Assembly (NCBI GenBank): GCA_965221525.1
Contig: CBDCSG010000008.1
Coordinates: 493,750 to 525,749 of the forward strand
Reading direction: 5' to 3'
Length of the DNA stretch: 32,000 nt
Source of the DNA: Acidimicrobiales bacterium
Lineage (GTDB): Bacteria > Actinomycetota > Acidimicrobiia > Acidimicrobiales > CATQHL01
Below, in pieces: positions 7,637-16,212 of this stretch. A program made the position numbers and the translations under genes. Each line of letters begins with the position of its first letter. The stretch's first letter is position 1. The notes beneath the pieces are model-generated. The model searched no databases. It saw only the letters and a list, made by a program, of their open reading frames with translations, and was not told where the DNA came from.

Positions 7637-9027
7637 ACGACCGGCGCCGGCGGATCGTCGTGGTCGGCGGCGGCCTCGCCGGTCTGGCCGCGGCCGTCGA
7701 GGCCACCGACAGGGGAGCGGCGGTGACGCTGCTGGAGCGGCGCCCGCGCCTGGGCGGGGCGACGTGGTCGTTCGAGCACCGGGGGATCTCCTTCGACAAC
7801 GGCCAGCACGTGTTCATGCGCTGCTGCGAGGCGTACCGCTGGTTCCTGGAGCGGATCGGATCGGCCGGCGACGTCCGGCTGCAGCGGCGCCTGGACGTTC
7901 CCGTGCTGCGCCCGGGCGGTCCGGTGGGAGCGATCCGGCGCACGGCGGGCCCCGCCCCCCTGCACCTTGCGGCTTCGCTGCTGACCTACCCCCATATGAG
8001 CCGCCGCCGCCGGCTCGGCGTCACCCGTGCCGCCCTGGCGCTGCGCCGGCTGGACCCCGACGACACCGAACTGGACCGCACGACCTTCGGGGACTGGCTG
8101 ATGGCCCGCGGCCAGGATGCCGAGGCCCTCGAGACGTTCTGGGATCTCATCGTGCTGCCCACGGTCAACGTTCCGGCGGCCCAGGCGTCGCTGAAGCTGG
8201 CCGCGATGGTGTTCAGGACCGGGCTGTTGACGAGCGCCGGCGCCGGCGACATCGGCTGGTCGCGGGTACCGCTGTCGGTCCTGCACGGCGATGCGGCGCG
8301 GCGGACCGTCGAGGCGGGCGGTTCGGTGGTCCGGACAGGCGCCGCCGTGCGGGGTGTGTGCACCGGAACCGGTGGCCGGCCGGTCGTGGAGACCGACGGC
8401 GGGCCCATCGAGGCCGATGCCGTCGTCGTGGCGGTGCCGCACGAGGCCGTCGGGGGAATCCTGCCCCCCGGCACCGTGCCCGGCCAGGACGATCTGGGCG
8501 ATCTGGGCGTCTCGCCGATCGTGAACGTGCATCTCGTCTACGACCGCCCGGTCATGGGACTGCCGATGGCCGCCGGCGTCGGCAGCGATGTGGAGTTCGT
8601 GTTCGACCACACCGAGGCCGGCGGGCTCGACGACGGGCGCCAGTGCCTGACGATCTCCCTGTCGGCCGCGACGTCTTACATCGGGCGCCGCTCGGCGGAC
8701 CTCATCGAACACTTCTCCGCCGAGATGGCGCGCCTGCTGCCGGCGGCGGCTGGAGCCCGGGTCACCGACTCCATCGTCACCCGCGAGCGTGCGGCGACCT
8801 TCTTCGGCGCGCCGGGGACGCACCGGTTGCGTGCCGGCCCCCGCACCGCGCTGGCGGGCGTCTTCCTGGCGGGCGCCTGGTGCGACACGGGTTGGCCGGC
8901 CACGATGGAAGGTGCGGTTCGCAGCGGTGTCGAAGCGGCGACGCTGGCGGCGGACTTCACCGCCGCGGCCCCGCCGGCGCCGACGGTCGGCGATGACCTC
9001 CCGGGGACCCCGGCGGTGGCTGCATGA
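7633..9027 (+). CDS. hpnE: Hydroxysqualene dehydroxylase HpnE (FAD-dependent amine-oxidase/phytoene-desaturase fold)
   Basis: N-terminal dinucleotide-binding motif RIVVVGGGLAGLAAAVEATDRGAAVTLLERRPRLGG. GTG at 7633 overlaps the hpnD TGA. It sits in the hpnC-D-E order. Confidence 0.8.
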   Translation: MNDRRRRIVVVGGGLAGLAAAVEATDRGAAVTLLERRPRLGGATWSFEHRGISFDNGQHVFMRCCEAYRWFLERIGSAGDVRLQRRLDVPVLRPGGPVGAIRRTAGPAPLHLAASLLTYPHMSRRRRLGVTRAALALRRLDPDDTELDRTTFGDWLMARGQDAEALETFWDLIVLPTVNVPAAQASLKLAAMVFRTGLLTSAGAGDIGWSRVPLSVLHGDAARRTVEAGGSVVRTGAAVRGVCTGTGGRPVVETDGGPIEADAVVVAVPHEAVGGILPPGTVPGQDDLGDLGVSPIVNVHLVYDRPVMGLPMAAGVGSDVEFVFDHTEAGGLDDGRQCLTISLSAATSYIGRRSADLIEHFSAEMARLLPAAAGARVTDSIVTRERAATFFGAPGTHRLRAGPRTALAGVFLAGAWCDTGWPATMEGAVRSGVEAATLAADFTAAAPPAPTVGDDLPGTPAVAA

Positions 9028-10040
9028 GGCGCCCGGCGCCCGCGGTGCTGGGCAGAGCCGCCGGCCTCGTGCAACCCGCACTCGCCGCCGCCGTCGATCG
9101 CCTGTCGCCCGAACTCGCCGTGCCCGTGCGATATCACTTCGGCTGGACAGAACCCGACGGGACGCCCCTGCCCGGCGCCCGCGGTGGCAAGGGCGTGCGT
9201 TCGGCCCTCGCCCTGCTGTCGGCCGAGGCGGCCGGAGCGGAGCCCGAGGTGGGTGTGCCGGGAGGGGTGGCAGTGGAGTTGATCCACAACTACTCCCTCA
9301 TCCACGACGACATCGTCGACGACGACGCCGAGCGCCGGCACCGGCCCACCGTGTGGAAGGTCTACGGCACCGACAACGCCATCATCATCGGCGACGCCGT
9401 CATGTCCCTGGCGTTCGAGACGCTCCTGGCCGAAGGCTCACCGGAGCGGGCGGCAGCCGCCGCAGACCTCGCCGGGGCGAATGCCGCCATGATCAGGGGG
9501 CAGTCGTTGGACATGTCGCTGCACGCCCGCGACGCGGTCTCGGTGTCGGACTGCTGGGAGATGATCTCGCTGAAGACCGGCGCCCTGCTGGCTCATGCCA
9601 GCGCGGTCGGGGCGATCCTGGCCGGCGCTCCCGGCCCCGTCGTCGCCGCGCTTCGCCGGTTCGGCGACGAGGTGGGTCGCGGCTTCCAGGCGACCGACGA
9701 CCTGCTCGGAATCTGGGGCGAGCCCGCGGTGACGGGGAAGGCCGCCGGCAACGACCTGCGGGAGCGTAAGAGATCGCTCCCCGTTACCATCGCGCTGAAT
9801 TCGAACACAGCCGCCGCTGCAGAGCTTGCCCGCATCTACGACGGCGATGACATCGTCGACGATGACATCACCAGAGCGGCGGACCTCATCGAGGAGGTCG
9901 GCGGCCGCGCGGTGACCGCCGCTGCGGCGCGCGAGTGCATCAGCCGAGCCTCCGAGGCCCTCGCGTCGGTGGACATCGATGCCGCTGCGGCCGGTGAACT
10001 CCGCGACATGGCGGACTTCATCGTGGACCGCGACTACTAG
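9024..10040 (+). CDS. Polyprenyl diphosphate synthase (probable farnesyl/geranylgeranyl diphosphate synthase)
   Basis: First Asp-rich motif LIHDDIVDDDAERRHRPT and second motif FQATDDLLGIWG. The ATG overlaps the hpnE TGA (ATGA). Product chain length cannot be determined by eye. Confidence 0.85.
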   Translation: MRRPAPAVLGRAAGLVQPALAAAVDRLSPELAVPVRYHFGWTEPDGTPLPGARGGKGVRSALALLSAEAAGAEPEVGVPGGVAVELIHNYSLIHDDIVDDDAERRHRPTVWKVYGTDNAIIIGDAVMSLAFETLLAEGSPERAAAAADLAGANAAMIRGQSLDMSLHARDAVSVSDCWEMISLKTGALLAHASAVGAILAGAPGPVVAALRRFGDEVGRGFQATDDLLGIWGEPAVTGKAAGNDLRERKRSLPVTIALNSNTAAAAELARIYDGDDIVDDDITRAADLIEEVGGRAVTAAAARECISRASEALASVDIDAAAAGELRDMADFIVDRDY

Positions 10041-10054
10041 GGAGAGGTCGGCGG

Positions 10055-12016
10055 ATGACGATTGCGAGACAGGCAGCGCGGGCGCTTCCATGGGTCGCCC
10101 CGGCGGAGACGGCGGGCGCCCTCGAGCGCGACGCCGCCGACGCATTGAACCGGTCGGTCGAAGCGCTGCTCGGGATGCAGGACCCGGCCGGCTGGTGGAA
10201 GGGCGACCTGGAGACCAACGTCGCCATCGAGGCCGAGGATCTCCTGCTGCGCACCTTCCTCGGCATCCTCGACGACGAGACGCTCGCCCTCACCGCCAAC
10301 TGGATCCGGTCGAAGCAGTGCGCCGACGGGGGATGGTCGTCGCACTACGGCGGGCCGTCCAACCTCTCGCTGGCGGTCGAGGCCTACACCGCGCTGCGCC
10401 TCGCCGGAGACAGCCCCGACGCCGACCACATGCGCTCGGCCGCCGAATTCGTGCGTGAGGGCGGCGGCCTGGAGTGTTCCCGGGTGTTCACGCGCATCTG
10501 GTTGGCCCTCTTCGGCATGTGGGCATGGGAGGACCTGCCCGCGATACCGCCCGAGTTGATCCTGCTGCCGCGCTGGGTCCCGCTGAACATCTACGACTTC
10601 GGTTGCTGGGCCCGGCAGACGATCGTCCCGCTCACCATCGTGAGCACCTACCGCCCGCAGGTGGAGTTGGGATTCTCGCTGGACGAACTGCGCACGGGAG
10701 AGGTGCCGCCCGAGCGGCGGCAGCAGTCGGTGCGCACACCCGCCGGGTTGTTCCAACGGTTCGACAAGGTGCTGCACAAGTACCACCGGCGGCCGCTGTG
10801 GCGCCTGCGCGAGATGTCCATGAAGCTCGCCGAGCAGTGGATCATCCGCCGCCAGGAGGCCGACGGATGCTGGGGCGGGATCCAGCCCCCCTGGGTGTAC
10901 TCGATCATCGCCCTGCACCTGCGGGGCTACGCGCTGGACCATCCGATCATGGCCCGCGCGCTGTCGGGTTTCGACACCTTCGAAGTCCGCGAGGGGGACA
11001 TGCGCTGGATGGAGTGCTGCCAATCGCCGGTCTGGGACACGGCGCTGGCAGTGGTGGCGCTGGGCGACGCGGGTCTGCGTCGCGACGACCCGGCCATGGT
11101 GGCCGCGGCGGACTGGTTGCTGGACGAGGAGGTGCAGGTGCGCGGCGACTGGGCGGCCCGCCGGCCCGAACTCGCTCCGGGAGGCTGGGCGTTCGAGTTC
11201 CACAACGACAACTACCCCGACCTCGATGACACCGCCGAGGTGGTCCTGGCGCTGGGTCACGCCGAGGCGTCGGACCCCGACCGAGCCACCGGAGCCATCG
11301 CTCGAGCCGTCGCCTGGGCCGAGGGCATGCAGTCCACCGACGGCGGCTACGCCGCGTTCGACGCCGACAACGTGCGGCGGCTGTGCGAGCAGTTGCCGTT
11401 CTGCGACTTCGGCGAGGTGATCGACCCTCCCAGCGCCGACGTCACGGCGCACGTCGTGGAGATGCTGTGCTGGGTCCGTGCTCACACCGACATACCGGTC
11501 GATGTGCGGCGGCTGCGGCGCGCCGTCGACTGGCTCTGGCTCAACCAGGAGTCCGACGGCTCGTGGTTCGGGCGCTGGGGAGTGAACCACCTGTACGGGC
11601 TGGGGGCCGTGCTGCCGGCGCTGCGCGCCATCGGCGTGCCCCCCAGCGACCGGCGCATCCGCCGAGCCGTGCGCTGGCTGCACGCCACGCAAGGCCCCGA
11701 CGGCGGGTGGGGCGAGGATCTGCGCTCCTACGAGTCCGACAGTTGGCGCGGTCGGGGCGACCCCACCGCCTCCCAGACCGCCTGGGCACTGCTGGCGCTC
11801 ATGGCGGCCGACGACTTCGGCGAACCGACCCGCCGCGGGGCCGAGTGGCTTGCCCGCAACTGCAGCGACGACGGCAGGTGGGACGAGCCGGAGTACACCG
11901 GGACCGGCTTCCAGGGCTACTTCTACATCAACTACCACCTCTACCGGCAGATATTCCCGACGATGGCGCTGGGCCGCTACCTGCGTGCCACCGTCGGTGA
12001 GGGGCCCTCGGAGTGA
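10055..12016 (+). CDS. shc: Squalene-hopene cyclase
   Basis: 653 aa with the catalytic DxDDTA motif (DLDDTA, nt 11219-11236). It has repeated QW-type motifs (e.g. RRQEADGCWGG, MQSTDGGYA, NQESDGSWFGRWG, ATQGPDGGWGE). GGAGAGG lies 8 nt upstream of the ATG. Confidence 0.95.
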   Translation: MTIARQAARALPWVAPAETAGALERDAADALNRSVEALLGMQDPAGWWKGDLETNVAIEAEDLLLRTFLGILDDETLALTANWIRSKQCADGGWSSHYGGPSNLSLAVEAYTALRLAGDSPDADHMRSAAEFVREGGGLECSRVFTRIWLALFGMWAWEDLPAIPPELILLPRWVPLNIYDFGCWARQTIVPLTIVSTYRPQVELGFSLDELRTGEVPPERRQQSVRTPAGLFQRFDKVLHKYHRRPLWRLREMSMKLAEQWIIRRQEADGCWGGIQPPWVYSIIALHLRGYALDHPIMARALSGFDTFEVREGDMRWMECCQSPVWDTALAVVALGDAGLRRDDPAMVAAADWLLDEEVQVRGDWAARRPELAPGGWAFEFHNDNYPDLDDTAEVVLALGHAEASDPDRATGAIARAVAWAEGMQSTDGGYAAFDADNVRRLCEQLPFCDFGEVIDPPSADVTAHVVEMLCWVRAHTDIPVDVRRLRRAVDWLWLNQESDGSWFGRWGVNHLYGLGAVLPALRAIGVPPSDRRIRRAVRWLHATQGPDGGWGEDLRSYESDSWRGRGDPTASQTAWALLALMAADDFGEPTRRGAEWLARNCSDDGRWDEPEYTGTGFQGYFYINYHLYRQIFPTMALGRYLRATVGEGPSE

Positions 12017-12639
12017 GCCTCGAACTCTGGTGCCCGCTGCGCCTCGAGGCGGCCGCGGCGCGGCGCGGCGTCGCGGGCGGCGTCGTGGTGCGGACCGGCA
12101 TGGGGCCGCGGCGGGCCGCCGCCTTCGCCTCGCGGCGAACGGCCGCCGCGCATCCGGCCGCCGGCGCGGTCGTTCTGGGTCTCGCCGGCGCGCTCAACGA
12201 CGACCTGGCGCCGGGTGACGTGCTCGTGGCCGATGCCGTCCGCGGTCCCGGAGCGGACCGCTCGGCCGGAGGTCCGGCGGCCGAGGCCGCCGTCGCCGGG
12301 CTGCAGGCGGCGGGAATCGACGTGGTGCGCGGCCCCGTGCGCTCCGTCGCCCATGCCGTGCGCGGCGCCGAGCGCGCCCGGCTCGCCGCCGACGGCACTC
12401 TGGCCGCCGACATGGAATCCTGGTGGTTGCTCGCCGCCGAGCCGCCGCCGGGGGCGGTCATCAGGGTGATCTGTGACACTCCCAGCGCCGAGTTGGTGTC
12501 ACCTTGGCTACCGTTGCGGCTGCGCCGTGGCCTGGCGGTGCTCTCCCGGATCGCCGCAGCGCTGGACTCCCCGGGTCGCCGGCCCGGGCCCGACCGTCGT
12601 CGAACGCTGGAGACAACAGCGTCTGGAGGTAATCGCTGA
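12013..12639 (+). CDS. hpnG: HpnG-like nucleosidase/phosphorylase (probable adenosylhopane nucleosidase)
   Basis: Nucleoside-phosphorylase-like segments (VVLGLAGALNDDLAPGDVLVADAV; LAADMESWW). The position between shc and hpnH matches actinobacterial hopanoid clusters. GTG overlaps the shc TGA. The call rests mostly on context. Confidence 0.6.
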   Translation: MSLELWCPLRLEAAAARRGVAGGVVVRTGMGPRRAAAFASRRTAAAHPAAGAVVLGLAGALNDDLAPGDVLVADAVRGPGADRSAGGPAAEAAVAGLQAAGIDVVRGPVRSVAHAVRGAERARLAADGTLAADMESWWLLAAEPPPGAVIRVICDTPSAELVSPWLPLRLRRGLAVLSRIAAALDSPGRRPGPDRRRTLETTASGGNR

Positions 12640-13643
12640 TGGGAATCCCACTCCGCCAGGCCGCCCGGGTCGGCCTGTACATGGCCTCCAACAAGCTGCG
12701 CGGCCGCACCAAGTTCCCGCTCATCGTGGAGATGGAGCCGCTGTTCGCCTGCAACCTGGAGTGTCCGGGATGCGGCAAGATCCAGCACCCCACCGAGATC
12801 CTGCGCAAGCGGCTCACCGTGTCCGAATGCGTCGGGGCTATGGAGGAGTGCGGGGCGCCGATGGTGTCCATCGCCGGAGGCGAGCCGCTGCTGCACCCCC
12901 AGATCGCCGAGATCGTCGAGGCGCTGCTGGAGCGCAAGCGGTTCGTCTACCTCTGCACCAACGGCGTGCTGCTGCGGCGGAAGATGGACCAGTTCAAGCC
13001 CTCTCCCTACTTCTCCTGGGCGGTCCACGTGGACGGTCTGCGCGAGCGCCACGACATCGCCGTGGCCCGCGAGGGCGTCTTCGACGAGGTTGTCGAGGCG
13101 ATCCGGGAGGCCAAGAGGCGAGGATTCCGGGTCACCACCAACAGCACCTTCTTCAACACCGACACGCCGGAGTCGGTGAGGGGTGTCCTGGACTTCCTCA
13201 ACGACGACCTGGAGGTCGACTCGGTGATGATCTCGCCGGGCTACGCCTACGAGAAGGCCCCCGACCAGGAGCACTTCCTGCAGGTCGAGGAGACGAGGAA
13301 GCTCTTCCGGGAGAGCTTCGCCGACGGGCGGCGCAAGAAGTGGCGACTCAACCACTCGCCGCTGTTCCTCGACTTCCTGGAGGGCAAGGCCGACTTCCAG
13401 TGCACGCCGTGGGGGATCCCCAGCTACTCGGTGTTCGGCTGGCAGCGGCCCTGCTACCTCATGGCCGACGGCTACGCCGAGACCTACCGCGAGTTGATCG
13501 AGATGACCGACTGGGAGCAGTACGGTCGCGGGCGCGATGAGCGGTGCTCGAGCTGCATGGCGCACTGCGGCTACGAGCCCTCGGCGGTGATCGCCACCGC
13601 GGGCTCGCTTCGCCAGTCACTCCGAGCGCTCGTCGCCGGCTGA
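12639..13643 (+). CDS. hpnH: Adenosyl-hopene transferase HpnH (radical SAM)
   Basis: Radical SAM CxxxCxxC motif (FACNLECPGCGK) with downstream SIAGGEPLLHP. Conserved C-terminus FQCTPWGIPSYSVFGWQRPCYLM...CSSCMAHCGYEPS. The ATG shares one base with the hpnG TGA, and GGAGGT lies upstream. Confidence 0.9.
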   Translation: MGIPLRQAARVGLYMASNKLRGRTKFPLIVEMEPLFACNLECPGCGKIQHPTEILRKRLTVSECVGAMEECGAPMVSIAGGEPLLHPQIAEIVEALLERKRFVYLCTNGVLLRRKMDQFKPSPYFSWAVHVDGLRERHDIAVAREGVFDEVVEAIREAKRRGFRVTTNSTFFNTDTPESVRGVLDFLNDDLEVDSVMISPGYAYEKAPDQEHFLQVEETRKLFRESFADGRRKKWRLNHSPLFLDFLEGKADFQCTPWGIPSYSVFGWQRPCYLMADGYAETYRELIEMTDWEQYGRGRDERCSSCMAHCGYEPSAVIATAGSLRQSLRALVAG

Positions 13644-13712
13644 CGGCCGGCGCGTCCGGGCGGTTGGTCGGCGCCCGCACCTCGTCGGCAACCGGGAACC
13701 ATCCCTCCGGCC

Positions 13713-13718
13713 TAACCT
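13713..13718 (+). promoter_or_regulatory. TANNNT -10-like hexamer placed for a leaderless transcript of the lipoprotein gene
   Basis: TAACCT lies 7 nt upstream of the GTG at 13726, and no Shine-Dalgarno sequence lies between them (CAAATCC). Confidence 0.25.
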
Positions 13719-13725
13719 CAAATCC

Positions 13726-15081
13726 GTGCGTAGCCGCTTCGTCGTCGCGGCAGTCCTGACGGTGACGGTCCTGATGGCCGCGGCGTGCTCCATCGACCTT
13801 CTTGGGCCGCCCCCGACCGATGACACGACGGGGACCACCGTGCTCGACGTGGTTCCCCGGACGACGACAACCTCGGCGCAGGTGCCCCTCGCGCTCACGC
13901 CACCCCCGGCCGACGAGGGGCCCGAACCCGTGCGGATCGGTGTGGCCATGGCACTCAGCGGTCGCACGGCGTCCCACGACGGACCGGTGCTCGACACGCT
14001 CCAGTACGCGGTGCGCCAGGTCAATGCGTCCGGGGGCCTGCAGGGACGGCCCCTGGAACTGGTGATCATCAACTCCCGCTCGGAACTCAACGGGGGGTAC
14101 CAGGCGGCTCGACGCCTCACCGACAGGGGTCTCCCGGTGATCTTCGCCACCTGCGACCCCTTCTTCAACCGCCCGATCCGGGAAGTGGCGGCCGCCGCCG
14201 GCGTGCTCGTGATCGTGCCGTGCGGTTCGGAGCCCACGGTTGGTGGTTTCGGCAGCCAACCCCTGGTGTTCTCCGCCGGTACATCGGCGGCGGGCTACGG
14301 GCGGGCGATCGCCGAGTACGCCATCGACGCCGGGCTCCTGTCCGTGGTGACCGCCGTGGAGCGCGACGACGGCGAGGCGGTCGAGATCTGCGACCACTTC
14401 AACAGCCGGTTCACCGAACTGGGCGGCACGGTCGGCTTCTCGTTCGCCTTCGACCGGTTCTGGATCGACGCGCAGCCCGTCGTCGGGGAGGACGCAACCG
14501 CCCTGGCCCTCTCACCGATGACCGCCTACCCGACGGCGGTGGTGTGTGCAGCCGTCGGTGGCTACGGTCGGGAGTTCTTCCGGACCATGAGATCTGCGGG
14601 AGTCGACTCGCTGGTCCTGGCGCCGGCCGCCCTGGACGGCGCGGCCTGGCGATACGGCATCGCAGGGTCCGAACGCCTGGTGGTCGTCACCGACGCCTCG
14701 ACATTCGGTGACGACCCCAGCAACCAGGTGAACGCCTACTTCGCCTCACTCATCACCGGCGACCTCCGCCGCGGCGGCGACACCGACGGGCCGGCCGCCG
14801 CCGACGGCGAGCCTCAGGTGGTCGTGGAGGACCGGGTCGGCTGGGGCATCACCGGGGCCGAGGCTCTCTGGGTCTTCATCCGGGCGGCCCAGCGGACCGG
14901 GAGCCTCGACCCGGGCGTCCTGGCGGCGGACATCGGGCGCTTCGACGGGGTCGAACTCTGGATGGACTCGGCCACCTTCGGGCCCGCCCAGCACTATCCC
15001 AGCGGGCGTGCACTGCGGGTCATCCGCCACGACGGCGATGCCAGCCGGCTGGTGGAGGTGCGCGTTCCCTCCGATCCGTAG
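13726..15081 (+). CDS. Lipoprotein, type-I periplasmic solute-binding protein (Leu/Ile/Val-binding-like ABC substrate-binding fold)
   Basis: Signal peptide with a lipobox-like LMAAAC, then a Thr/Pro-rich linker. The core RIGVAMALSGRTASHDGPVLDTLQYAVRQVNASGGLQGRPLELVIINSRSELNGGYQAARRLTDRGLPVIF is typical of the LivJ/K-type fold. No permease or ATPase genes are adjacent. Confidence 0.65.
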   Translation: MRSRFVVAAVLTVTVLMAAACSIDLLGPPPTDDTTGTTVLDVVPRTTTTSAQVPLALTPPPADEGPEPVRIGVAMALSGRTASHDGPVLDTLQYAVRQVNASGGLQGRPLELVIINSRSELNGGYQAARRLTDRGLPVIFATCDPFFNRPIREVAAAAGVLVIVPCGSEPTVGGFGSQPLVFSAGTSAAGYGRAIAEYAIDAGLLSVVTAVERDDGEAVEICDHFNSRFTELGGTVGFSFAFDRFWIDAQPVVGEDATALALSPMTAYPTAVVCAAVGGYGREFFRTMRSAGVDSLVLAPAALDGAAWRYGIAGSERLVVVTDASTFGDDPSNQVNAYFASLITGDLRRGGDTDGPAAADGEPQVVVEDRVGWGITGAEALWVFIRAAQRTGSLDPGVLAADIGRFDGVELWMDSATFGPAQHYPSGRALRVIRHDGDASRLVEVRVPSDP

Positions 15082-15085
15082 CCGC

Positions 15086-16003
15086 TCAGTAGCCGAGCGC
15101 CACCTCCACCGGGCCGAGGAGTGCCTCGCCCGCCCCGTAGCGCCGCACGTTCTCGGTGACCCGGCGGTCCAGCAACTCCAGCCCCATCTCCGGTGTGTTG
15201 CCGACATGGGGTGTGATGATGCAATTCGGCAGGTCCCACAGGGCGTGGCCGTCCGGCAGCGGCTCCGGATCGGTGACGTCCAGTCCCGCCCCCGCGATGG
15301 CGCCCGAGCGGAGTGCCTCGACGAGAGCGTCGGTGACGATGTGCTCACCGCGAGCCACGTTCACCAACCAGCAGTGGTCCGGCATCGCGTCGAACGCGGC
15401 GGCGTCGATGATTCCCCGCGTCTCGGCCGTCAGCGCCAGGGCCACGACGACGGCATCCGCTCCGGTGAGTGCCGCGGTCAGTGCGCCGGGACCCACGACG
15501 TTCGCCCCGCGCATCGGGGCCGGGTGGCGGCGCAGCACCGTGATGTCACAGTCGAACGGTTCCAGCAGTTTCAGCAATTCGGTGGTGATGCCGCCGCCGC
15601 CGAGAATCGTGACGCTGGCACCGCGCAGGTTCCGCCCTTCGGGGCCCAGCCAACTCCGCGCCGGCAGGTACGTGGTGAGGCCGCGCATGCCGGCCAGCAG
15701 CATGCTCAGCGCCATCTCGGCGACGGGCTCGGCGTAGACGCCCTTGCCGCACGTCCAGAGGCGCTCGGTGTCCAGGAACGCGACGTACGGCTCGATGCCC
15801 GCGTAGGGCAGCTGGATCCAGCGCAGCTGGGGTGCGGCATCGAGGATCGGCCCCAGCAGGTGGGGGTTCTCCGGGTCGGCCCAGATCAGCCCCTCCGCTT
15901 CACGTGCCGGCACGACGTTGCCGCCGCCGGCGGTGACTGCGGCCGCCAGAGAGGTGCGTCGCCAGCAGTCCGGTTCCACGGCCACGGTGGGTTGGCGGGT
16001 CAT
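15086..16003 (-). CDS. D-isomer-specific 2-hydroxyacid dehydrogenase family protein (NAD-binding)
   Basis: Dinucleotide-binding loop GASVTILGGGGITTELLKLL, plus catalytic-region motifs WLVNVARGEHI, GAGLDVTDPEP and ITPHVGN. ATG at 16003 is preceded by GGAGG (minus strand). The longer ORF to 16174 is a spurious read-through of an intergenic hairpin. Confidence 0.8.
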   Translation of the reverse strand: MTRQPTVAVEPDCWRRTSLAAAVTAGGGNVVPAREAEGLIWADPENPHLLGPILDAAPQLRWIQLPYAGIEPYVAFLDTERLWTCGKGVYAEPVAEMALSMLLAGMRGLTTYLPARSWLGPEGRNLRGASVTILGGGGITTELLKLLEPFDCDITVLRRHPAPMRGANVVGPGALTAALTGADAVVVALALTAETRGIIDAAAFDAMPDHCWLVNVARGEHIVTDALVEALRSGAIAGAGLDVTDPEPLPDGHALWDLPNCIITPHVGNTPEMGLELLDRRVTENVRRYGAGEALLGPVEVALGY

Positions 16004-16072
16004 CGTCGTTCCTCCGGTCGTGTCGTCGTGCGTGTCATGCCGATCATCCCCGTCCTCTTCCTCGCTCGTGTC

Positions 16073-16092
16073 ATTCCGGCGAAGGCCGGAAT
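16073..16092. repeat. REP-like perfect hairpin (ATTCCGGC-GAAG-GCCGGAAT)
   Basis: 8-bp perfect stem with a 4-nt loop inside GTCATTCCGGCGAAGGCCGGAATCCAC. It lies in the divergent spacer 16004-16212. Its six-frame translations read VIPAKAGIH (+) and VDSGLRRND (-). Confidence 0.5.
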
Positions 16093-16212
16093 CCACCTCG
16101 TGGAGGCACCACGTGCACTTGCAGCCGGCGGTCCGGCGGGTTCTCCTCCACCTCCCGAGACCACCGGTCGCCAAGGCTAGATTGCGAGTCCTGTCGCGAG
16201 TTGGGAGGGTGA

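Noticed and set aside
10037-13565. Long minus-strand ORFs (10037-11938, 11928-13565) opposite shc, hpnG and hpnH; similar cases occur at 7513-9081, 16177-17841, 24897-26474, 25927-27267 and 28032-29267
   Set aside because: All are antisense to genes with strong family motifs and show low-complexity composition. None has a plausible RBS or a recognisable domain.
15079-15088. Convergent lipoprotein and dehydrogenase genes whose stop codons are only 4 nt apart, leaving no terminator
   Set aside because: This is real in the sequence but common in compact GC-rich genomes. Nothing further can be inferred from it.
16004-16174. 57-codon N-terminal extension of the 2-hydroxyacid dehydrogenase ORF
   Set aside because: The extension reads through the REP-like hairpin (VDSGLRRND) and acidic low-complexity sequence. 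A good GGAGG RBS precedes the internal ATG at 16003, which gives a normal-length enzyme.
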